A stretch of DNA of 64,000 nt from Pristiophorus japonicus (Eukaryota): positions 33,790,001 to 33,854,000 of the forward strand of contig NC_091980.1 of assembly GCF_044704955.1 (NCBI RefSeq), in the 5' to 3' direction. The notes beneath the pieces are model-generated. The model was not told the origin of the DNA and did not search any database. It saw only the letters and a program-made list of their open reading frames with translations. Each line of letters opens with the position of its first letter. Within the stretch, counting starts at the first letter, position 1. Shown piece by piece: positions 1-9,262 of the stretch. Made by a program: the position numbers and the translations under genes.

Positions 1-29
1 GCGGTGGTGGTGGGGGGGGGGGGGAGGTG

Positions 30-258
30 GTTGCTAGTGCTGTTGTGGAGGGTTTAAACTAGCTTGGCAGGGGGATGGGAACCTGAGAATAGATTCAGTA
101 GGGGGGGGGAGTAAAGCTGGAATTAGAAAGCAATAATGAAGAAAGTGAGTCTGAAGGACAAAGGAAACGAGCAGGAAAAAAGGGTAAAAAAACAAATTTA
201 AAAGCTCTGTCTAAATGCACGTAGCACTTATAACAAAATAGATGAGTTGACAGCACAA
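30..258 (+). mobile_element. CR1 LINE fragment (ORF1 end/ORF2 start), host of nested insertions
   Basis: GGTTTAAACTAGCTTGGCAGGGGGATGGG and the following endonuclease-start sequence parallel the ORF1/ORF2 junction of the full CR1 at 3430-3700; it resumes at 1296 after a nested insertion. Confidence 0.75.
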
Positions 259-1295
259 ATAGAAACATAGAAAATAAGTGCAGGAGTAGGCCATTCGGCT
301 CTTCGAGCCTGCACCACCATTCGATAAGATCATGGCTGAACATTCCTTCAGTACCCCTTTCCTGCTTTCTCTCCATACCCCTTGATCCCTTTACTGTAAG
401 GGCCATATCTAACTCCCTCTTGAATATATCCAATGAATTGGTATCAACAACTCTCTGTGGCAGGAAATTCCACAGGTTAACAACTCTGAGTGAAGAAGTT
501 TCTCCTCATCTCAGTCCTAAATGGCCTACCCCTTATCCTAAGACTGCGTCCCCTCGTTCTGGACTTCCCCAACATCGGGAACAATCTACCCGCATCTAAC
601 CTGTCCCGTCCCATCAGAATCTTGTATGTTTCTATGAGATCCCCTCTCGTCCTTTTAAACTCCAATGTATAAAGGCCCAGTTGATCCAGTCTCTCCTCAT
701 ATGTCAGTCCGGCCATCCCGGGAATCAGTCTGGTGAACCTTCGCTGCACTCCCTCTATAGCAAGAATGTCCTTCCTCAGACTAGGAGACCAAAATTGAAC
801 ACAATATTCCAGGTGAGACCTCACCAAGACCCTGTACAACTGCAGTAAGACCTCCCTGCTCCTCTACTCAAATCCCCTAGCTATGAAGGCCAACATACCA
901 TTTGCCTTCTTTACCGCCTGCTGCACCTGTATGCCATCCTTCAATGACTGATGAACCATGACACCCAGGTCTTGTTACACCTCCCCTTTTCCTAATCTGC
1001 CACCATTCAGATAATATTCTGTCTTCGTGTTTTTGCCCCCAAAGTGGATAACTTCACATTTATCCACATTATACTGCATCTGCCGTGCATTTGCCCACTC
1101 ACCTAACCTGTCCAAGTCACCCCGCAGCCTCTTAAAGTCCCCCTCACAGCTCACACTGGCACCCAGTTTAGTGTCATCTGCAAACTTGGAGATATTACAC
1201 TCAATTCCTTCATCCAAATCATTGAGGTATATTGTAAAGAGCTGGGGTCCCAGCACTGAGCCCTGCGGCACTCCACTGGTCACTGCTTGTCATTC
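259..1295 (-). mobile_element. 5'-truncated CR1 LINE (RT C-terminus plus 3' UTR)
   Basis: Minus ORFs 975-1283 ([14 protein letters not shown]) and 477-839 (HLEYCVQFWSP); ATAGAAAC tail at the left end. Confidence 0.95.
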
Positions 1296-1880
1296 TGGGT
1301 ATGATCTGATAGCCATTACAGAGACGTGGTTGCAAGGTGACCAGCACTGGGAACTAAATATTCAGGGGTATTTGACAATTCGGTAGGACAGACAGAAAGG
1401 AAAAGGAGGTGGGGTAGCTCTATTGATAAAAGATGGAATCAATACAATAGTGAGGAACGATATTGGCTCAAATGATCAGGATGTTGAAACAGTTTGGGTG
1501 GAAATAAGGAATAATAAGGGGAAAAAGTCACTGGTGAATGTAGTCTATAGGCCCCTTAACACCAAGAATTGGTGGGGACTTGTAAAAAGGGAACAGCAAT
1601 AATCATGGGTGATTTTAACCTCCATATTGATTGATAGGACAAATCAAATTAGTCTGGGTAGCCTTGAAGAAGAGTTCATAGAGAGCATAAGGGACGGGTT
1701 CCTTGAGCAGTATGTAACAGAACCAACCAGCGGGAAGGCTATCTTAGATTTGGTCCTGTGTAATGAGACAGGATTAAAAAAACAATGTCCTAGTAAAGGA
1801 TCCCCTTGGAATGAGTGATTATAGCATGGTTAAATTTCAAATTCAGATGGAGGGCGAGAAAGTTGGATCTCAAACCAGCG
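1296..1880 (+). mobile_element. CR1 LINE APE endonuclease fragment (continuation of the host element)
   Basis: Translates GYDLIAITETWL ... ILDLVLCN ... SDYSMV, with stops and frameshifts. Confidence 0.9.
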
Positions 1881-2345
1881 TTCGTCGAGCAGGCGGAGTG
1901 GGACGTCGGAGAGGCCTACAAGAGGTCCAGCAGTTGGAGGGAGCAGCGGGAGTTCGTCGAGGAGGCGGAGCGGGACGTCGGAGAGACCTACAAGAGGCCC
2001 AGCAGTCAGAGGGAGCAGCGGGTGTTCGGCGAAGCGGAGCGGGACGTCGGAGAGGCCTACAAGAGGTCCAGCAGTTGGAGGGAGCAGCGGGAGTTCGTCG
2101 AGGAGGCGGAGCGGGACGTCGGAGAGACCTATAAGAGGCCCAGCAGTCAGAGGGAGCAGCGGGTGTTCGGCGAAGCGGAGCGGGACGTCGGAGAGACCGA
2201 CAAGAGGCCCAGCAGTTGGAAGGAGCAGCGGGAGTTCGTTGAGGAGGCGGAGCGGGACGTCAGAGAGGCCAACAAGAGGTCCAGCAGTTGGAAGGAGCAG
2301 CGGGAGTTCGTCGAGGAGGAGGAGCGGGACATCGGAGAGGCCAGC
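1881..2345 (+). repeat. GC-rich tandem array of 72/69-bp units (~6.5 copies) at the CR1 5' end
   Basis: Recurring GGCGGAGCGGGACGTCGGAGAG...AAGAGG.CCAGCAG...GGAGCAGCGGG; 24/23-aa periodicity in ORF 1815-2450. Confidence 0.9.
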
Positions 2346-2515
2346 TGGTGCAGCTGCAACAGGGTGAGAAGGCAAAAAAGAAGTAGAAAGAAATCGAAAG
2401 GTGACGTCACAGCCAAGGTGATAAGTGATTGGTTGGTCATTGGTGAGTAGTTTTTCTTTTTGTTTTCTTTATCAGTAAGTAACCTTTAGCATTAAGTTAA
2501 TCTAAGGGTTAAGTC

Positions 2516-3445
2516 ATGGCAGGAGAGCTTGGACATGTGTTATGCTCCTCCTGTACTATGTGGGAAGTCAGGGACGCTTCCAGTGTCCCTGACAAATACA
2601 TGTGCGGGAAGTGTATTCGGCTGCAGCTCCTGACAGACCGCATTGCAGCACTGGAGCTGCGGGTGGATTCATTCTGGAGCATCCACGATGCTGAGAATGA
2701 CGCGAATAGCACGTTTAGTGAGTTGGTCTTACCACAGGTAAAGGTTACACAGTCAGATAGGGGATGGGTGACCAACAGGAAGAGCAGTGGAAGGAAGGTA
2801 GTGTAGGAGTCCCCTGCGGTCATCCCCCTGCAAAACAGATACAACGCTTTGGGTACTGTTGAGGGGGATGACTCATCAGCGGAGGGCAGCAGCAGCCAAG
2901 TCCATGGCACCATGGGTGGCTCTGCTGCACAGGAGAGCAGGAAAAAGAGTGGGAGAGCTGTAGTGATAGGGGATTCTATTGTAAGGGGAATAGATAGACG
3001 TTTCTGTGGCCGCAACCGAGACTCCAGGATGGTATGTTGCCTCCCTGGTGCAAGGGTCAAGGATATCTTGGAGCGGGTGCAGGACATTTTGAAGGGGGAG
3101 GGTAAACAGCCAGTTGTCATGGTGCATATAGGTACCAACAATATCGGTAAAAAACGGGATGAGGTCTTATGAGACCTTAAATTAAAAAGTAGGACGTCAA
3201 AAGTAGTAATCTCAGGATTGCTACCAGTACCACGTGCTAGTCAGAGAAGGAATCGCAGGATAGCTCAGATGAATACATGGCTTGAGAAATGGTGCAGAAG
3301 GGAGGGATTCAAATTTCTGGGACATTGTAAGCAGTTCTGGGAGAGGTGGGACCAATACAAACCGGACGGTCCGCACCTGGGCAGGATCAGAACCAATGTC
3401 CTATGGGGAGTGTTTGCTAGTGCTGATGGGGAGGAGTTAAACTAA
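2516..3445 (+). pseudogene. CR1 ORF1p (CxxC...CxxC zinc finger, leucine zipper, SGNH esterase), disrupted
   Basis: CSSC...CGKC-LQLL..RIAALE; esterase blocks GDSIVRG, HIGTN and DGPH; in-frame stop at ~2804 and a frameshift near 3170. Confidence 0.9.
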
Positions 3446-3619
3446 TATGGCAGGGGGATGGGAACCTATGCAGGGAGACAGACGGAAATAGAAGGGGGGC
3501 AGAAGCAAAAGATAGAAAGGAGAATAGTAAAAGTGGAGGGCAGAGAAACCCAAGGCAAAAAGCAAAAAGGGCTACATTACAGCAAGATTCAAAAGGGGCA
3601 AAGTGTGTTAAAAAGACAA

Positions 3620-6431
3620 GCCTGAAGGGTCTGTGTCTCAATGCGAGGAGTATTCGGAATAAGGTGGATGAATTAACTGCGCAGATAGCAGTTAACGGAT
3701 AATGTGATTGGCATCACGGAGACATGGCTCCAGGGTGACCAAGGCTGGGAACTCAACATCCAAGGGTATTCAGCATTTAGGAAGGATAGACAGAAAGGAA
3801 AAGGAGGCAGGGTGGCGTTGCTGGTTAAAGAGGAAATCAATGCAATTGTAAGGAAGGACATTAGCCTGGATGATGTGGAATCGGTATGGGTGGAGCTGCG
3901 GAATTCCAAAGGGCAGAAAACGCTCGTGGGAGTTGTGTATAAACCACCAAATAGTAGTAGTGAGGTTGGGGACAGCATCAAACAAGAAATAAGGGATGTG
4001 TGCAATAAAGGTACAGCAGTAATCATGGGCGACTTTAATCTACATATAGATTGGGCTAACCTAACTGGTAGCAATGCGGTGGAGGAGGGTTTCCTGGAGT
4101 GTATTAGGGATGGGTTTCTAGACCAATATGTCGAGGAACCAACCAGGGAGCTGGCCATCCTAGACTGGGTGATGTGTAATGAGAAGGGACTAATTAGCAA
4201 TATTGTTGTGCGAGGCCCTTTGTGGAAAAGTGACCATAATATGGTAGAATTCCTTATTAAGATGGAGAGTGACAAAGTTAATTCGGAAACTAGGGTCCTG
4301 AACTTAAGGAAAGGTAACTTCGACGGTATGAGGTGTGAATTGGCTAGAATAGACGGGCAGAGGATACTTAAAGGGTTGATGGTTGATAAGCAATGGCAAA
4401 CATTTAAAGATCACATGGATGAACTTCAGCAATTGTTCATCACTGTCTGGAGTAAAAATAAAACTGGGAAGGAAGGTGGCTCAACCATGGCTAACAAAGG
4501 AAATTAAGGATAGTGTTAAAACCAAGGAAGAGGCATATAAATTGGCCAGAAAAAGCAACAAACCTGAGGACTGGGAGAAATTTAGAATTCAACAGAGGAG
4601 GACTAAGGATTTAATTAAGAAGGGGAAAATAGAGTACGAGAGGAAGCTTGCAGGGAACATAAAAACTGACTGCAAAAGCTTCTATAAATATGTGAAGAGA
4701 AAAAGATTAGTAAAGACAAACATAGGTCCCTTGCAGTCGGATTCAGGTGAATTTATAATGGGGAACAAAGAGATGGCAGACCAATTGAACCAATACTTCA
4801 ATTCTGTCTTCACAAAGGAAGATACAAATAACTTTCCGAATGTACTAGGGGACAGTGGGTCAAGTGAGAATGAGGAACTGAAAGATATCCTTATTAGGCG
4901 GGAAATTGTGTTAAGGAAATTGATGGGATTAAAGGTCGATAGATCCCCGGGTCCTGATAGTCTGCATCCCAGAGTACTTAAGGAAGTGACCCTAGAAATA
5001 ATGGATGCATTGGTGATCATTTTCCAACAATCTATCAACTCCAGATCAGTTCCTATGGACTGGAGGGTAGCTAATGTAACGCTACTTTTTAAAAAAGGAG
5101 GGAGAGAGAAAACGGGTAATTATAGACCGGTTAGCCTGACATCAGTAGTGGGGAAAATGTTGGAATCAATCATTAAGGATGAAATAGCAGCCCATTTGGA
5201 AAGCAGTGACAGGATCGGACCGAGTCAGCATGGATTTATGAAAGGGAAATCATGCTTGATGAATCTTCTGGAATTTTTTGAGGATGTAACTAGTAGAGTG
5301 GACAAGGGAGAACCAGTGGATGTGGTGTATTTGGACTTTCAAAAGGCTTTTGACAAGGTCCCGCACAAAAGATTGGTGTACAAAATCAAAGCGCATGGTA
5401 TTGGGGGTAATGTACTGGCGTGGATAGAGAATTGGTTGGCAGACAGGAAGCAGAGAGCCAGGATAAACGGGTCCTTTTCAGAATGGCCGGCAGTTACTAG
5501 TGTGGTGCCGCAGGGCTCAGTGCTGTGACCCCAGCTCTTTACAATATACATTAACGATTTGGATGAAGAAATTGAGTGTAATATCTTCAAGTATGCAGAT
5601 GACACTAAACTGGGTGGAAGTGTGAGCTGTGAGGGGGACGCAAAGAGGCTGCAGGGTGACTTGGACAGGTTAGGTGAGTGGGCAAATATATGGCAGATGC
5701 AGTATAATGTGGATAACTGTGAGGTTATTCATTTTGCGGGCAAAAACACTAAGGCAGAATATTATCTGAATGGCGGCAGACTGGAAAAAGGGGAGGTGCA
5801 ATGAGACCTGGGTGTCATGGTTCATCAGTCACTGAAAGTGGGCACGCAGGTACAGCAGGCGGTAAAGAAGGCAAATGGTATGTTGGCCTTCATAGCTAGG
5901 GGATTTGAATATAGCAGCAGGGAGGTCTTACTGCAGTTGTACAGGGCCTTAATGAGGCCTCACCTGGAATATTGTGTTCAGTTTTGGTCTCCTAGACTGA
6001 GGAAGGACGTTCTTGCTATTGAGGGAGTGCAGCGAAGGTTCACTGGACTGATTCCAGGGATGGCTGTGCTGTCATATGAGGAGAGACTGGATCAACTGGG
6101 CCTTTATTCACTGGCGTTTAGAAGGATGAGAAGGGTTCTCATAGAAACATATAAGATTCTGACAGGACTGGAGAGGTTAGATGCGGGAAGAATGTTCCCG
6201 ATGTTGGGGAAGTCCAGAACCAGGGGACATAGTCTTCGGATAAGGGGTAGGCCATTTAGGACTGAGATGAGGAGAAACTTCTTCACTCAGAGAGTTGTTG
6301 ACCTGTGGAATTCCCTGCCACAGAGAATTGTTGATGCCAGTTCATTGGATATATTCAAGGGGGAGTTAGATATGGCCCTTACGGTTAAGGGGATCAAGGG
6401 GTATGGAGGGAAAGCAGGAAAGGGGTACTGA
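3620..6431 (+). pseudogene. CR1 ORF2p (APE endonuclease plus reverse transcriptase), disrupted
   Basis: ORFs 3704-4507, 4383-5528, 5559-5804 and 5817-6431: GITETW, MGDFN, SDHN, NYRPVSL, LDFQKAFD, PQGSVL, YADD. Confidence 0.95.
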
Positions 6432-6519
6432 AGAAATGATCAGCCATGATCTTATTGAATGGCGGTGCAGGCTCGAAGGGCCAAATGGCCTACTCCTGCA
6501 CCTATTTTCTATGTTTCTA

Positions 6520-7122
6520 TAAAAGCAGGGAAGTCTTGCGACAGTTATACAGGGTATTGGTGAGGCCACACCTGGAATAACTGCGTAAAGTTTTAGTTTC
6601 CATATTTACGAAAGGATATTCTTACTTTGGAGGCAGTTCAGAGAAGGTTCACTAGGTTGATTCCAGAGATGAGGGGGTTGACTTATGAGGAAAGGTTGAC
6701 AAGGTTGGGCATCTACTCATTGGAATTCAGAAGAATGAGACGTGATCTTATCGAAACGTATAAGGGGGCTTGACAAGGTGGATGCAGAGAGGATGTTTCC
6801 AGTGATAGGGGAAACTGGAACTAGGGGGTATAATCTTAGAATAAGGGGCCGCCCATTTAAAACTAAGATGAGGAGGAATTTCTTCTCTCAGAGGGTTGTA
6901 AATCTATGGAATTCGTTGTCTCAGAGAGCTGTGGAAGCTGGGTCATTGAATAAATTTAAGACAGATAGACAGTTTCTTAACCGATAGGGGAATAAGGGGT
7001 TATGGGGAGCGGGTAGGGAAGTTGACCCGAGTCCATGACCGGATCAGCCATGATCGTATTAAATGGCGGAGCAGGCTCGAGGGGCTGTATGGCCTCCTCC
7101 TGCTCCTATTTCTTATGTTCTT
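6520..7122 (+). mobile_element. CR1 3' fragment of a second subfamily (TCTTATGT tail)
   Basis: RT C-terminal RRNFFSQRVVNLWNSL; ends CTATTTCTTATGTTCTTA. Confidence 0.9.
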
Positions 7123-7124
7123 AC

Positions 7125-8362
7125 GTTCACAGACTGAACGGCATTGACTGTAAGGTACTGACTGACTGTATGGCACGGACTGTATGGCACCAACTGACTG
7201 TATGGCACTGACTGTACAGCACTGACAGACTGTACGGCACTGACTGTATGGCACAAACTGACTGTACAGTACTGACTGTAACATAGAAACATAGAAAATA
7301 GGTGCAGGAGTAGGCCATTCGGCCCTTCGAGCCTGCACCACCATTCAATAAGATCATGGCTGTTCATTCACCTCAATACCCCTTTCCTGCTTTCTCGCCA
7401 TACCCCTTGATCCCTTTATTCATAAGGGCCATATCTAACTCCCTCTTGAATATATCTCACGAACTGGCATCAATAACTCTCTGCGGTAGAAAATTCCACA
7501 GATTCACAATTCTCTGAGAGGAGAAGTTTCTCCTCATCTCAGTCCTAAATGGCTTACCCCTTATCCTTAGACTGTGACCCCTGGTTCTGGACTTCCCCAA
7601 CATCGCAAACCTTCTTCCTGCATTTTAACCTGTCCAGTCCCGTCAGAATTTTATATGTTTCTGTGAGATCCCCTCTCATTCTTCTAAACTCCAGTGAATA
7701 CAGGCCCAGTCGATCCAGTCTCTCCTCATATGTCAGTCCTGCCATCCCTGGAATCAGTCTGGTGAACCTTCGCTGCACTCCCTCAATAGCAAGAACGTCC
7801 TTCCTCAGATTAGGAGACCAAAACTGAACACAATATTCCAGGTGAGGCCTCACCAAGGCCCTGTACAACTGCAGTAAGTCCTTCCTGCTCCGATACTCAA
7901 ACCCCTAGCTATGAAGGCCAACATGCCATTTGACTTCTTCACCGCCTGCTGTACCTGCATGCCAACCTTCAGTGACTGATGTACCATGACACCCAGGTCT
8001 CGTTGCACCTCCCCTTTTCCTAATCTGCCACTATTCATATAATATTCTGCCTTCCTGTTTTTTCCCCCAAAAGTGGATAACCTCACATTATACTGCATCT
8101 GCCATGCGTTTGCCCACTCACCTAACCTATCCAAGTCACCCTGCAGCCTCTTAGCACAGACTGACTGTACAGCACCGACTGACGACAGCGCTGACAGTAC
8201 GGCACTTACTGTTCGGCACTGACTGACTGTACGGCACGGACTGACTGTACGGGAAAGCAGACCTTGTACCTGTCTGACGAAACAACTTGTTGGTTATGAC
8301 TGTAAGGCACTGGCTACTGTACGGCACAGCCTGATTTTACGGCACAGACTGCACGGCACTGA
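7125..8362. repeat. ACTGACTGTA(C/T)GGC-type minisatellite upstream of SRA1, split by a CR1 insertion (repeat parts 7125-7281 and 8156-8362)
   Basis: The same GACTGACTGTAYRGC units occur on both sides of the 7282-8155 CR1. Confidence 0.8.
7282..8155 (-). mobile_element. 5'-truncated CR1 LINE
   Basis: Minus ORFs 7850-8134 and 7554-7868 (RT C-terminus); CATAGAAA tail at 7282. Confidence 0.95.
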
Positions 8363-8620
8363 CGTGCCTGTGATGCTGAGTGACGCCAGCGCGTCGGAAA
8401 CCCGCAGCCGGCGCGGATGTGGCGGCGAGATGTCGGATCTGTTCGTGAAACCAGGTGAAATGACAGAAATAGCAAACAGTGTCGTGGATGGAAACGACAA
8501 TTAGCGTTAAAATCAGCATAGGTGTATGACGGGAGAACAGTGATAGAGCTGCCCGGGGTCCCAGCCCGGCCCCTGACTGTTACCCTGGTTACGTGGCACT
8601 GGGCTGGTCCCAGCACCGGG
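8355..8620 (+). promoter_or_regulatory. CpG-rich promoter/first-exon region of SRA1
   Basis: Local CpG cluster (CCAGCGCGTCGGAAACCCGCAGCCGGCGCGG), CRE-like TGACGT and ETS-like CGGAA just 5' of the ATG at 8430. Confidence 0.6.
8430..8454 (+). CDS. SRA1: Steroid receptor RNA activator 1 protein (SRAP), coding exon 1 of 5
   Basis: ATG at 8430 encodes MSDLFVKP(G), cf. human MAELYVKPG; donor CAG|GTGAAA. Confidence 0.9.
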
Positions 8621-9046
8621 TGGTGATGTCATGCTGTGCAGGAGTCTGGCAGACCAGAGTTTGCTGCTGTTAACAATAATTCATAACTTTGATAATATCG
8701 GCACATTGTAAGATGCATAGGTAAATGGAAACAATTAATGTGTATATATACATCATGAATGAATGATGATGAATGATATATTTATTTTTACAATGTTGTC
8801 CAGTTTATATCTTGTTTTAAATTTCCATGCAGACCATTTAAAAGCAGTACTGTCTTGTCCATGCCTGTACATGTGGCAGCCCTACAACTGGAACGTGTAG
8901 AAGACAAAGGAAGGAGGGTTATAAGAAGGAAGGGTGTTGGGGGGAATGGAAATGCAGTATTAATGGTCACGGAGGAGACAAAGAAAAATGTCACAAGCAA
9001 TTAAAGGAAGTCTTAGCTTTCTGCATCAGATCATCCTTTCCTTTCA

Positions 9047-9260
9047 AGAATTAGGAGCAGGAATAGGACTTGATACTGCTCCGCCATTCAATAAGATCAT
9101 GGCTGATCTTCGACTTTCATTCCACTTTCCCGCTCGATCTCCACATCCCTTGATTCCCCTGGAGTCCAGAAATCTATTTCAGCCTTGAATATAATCAATG
9201 ATTCAACCTCCGCAGCCCTTTGGGGTAGAGAATTCCAAAGATTCACAACCCTCATCTCTC
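9047..9260 (-). mobile_element. CR1 3' end fragment (continues at ~12507-12565 after a nested CR1)
   Basis: AGAATTAGGAGCAGGAATAGG...GGTAGAGAATTCCAAAGATTCACAACC is the reverse CR1 3' UTR. Confidence 0.75.
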
Positions 9261-9262
9261 CT

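Larger units (their letters stand above)
1881..6519 (+). mobile_element. Near full-length, decayed CR1 LINE (tandem-repeat 5' region, ORF1, ORF2, 3' tail)
   Basis: ORF1 from 2516, ORF2 endonuclease and RT from ~3620 to 6431, 3' UTR ending CTATTTTCTATGTTTCTAT. Confidence 0.95.

Noticed and set aside
1881-2345. CRISPR-like appearance of the regular repeats (also 38095-38290)
   Set aside because: Head-to-tail tandem units without unique spacers, in eukaryotic DNA with no cas genes.
1811-2450. Repetitive ORFs of 107-211 aa on both strands
   Set aside because: By-products of a stop-poor tandem array with unit lengths divisible by three at the CR1 5' end; no evidence of a host gene.
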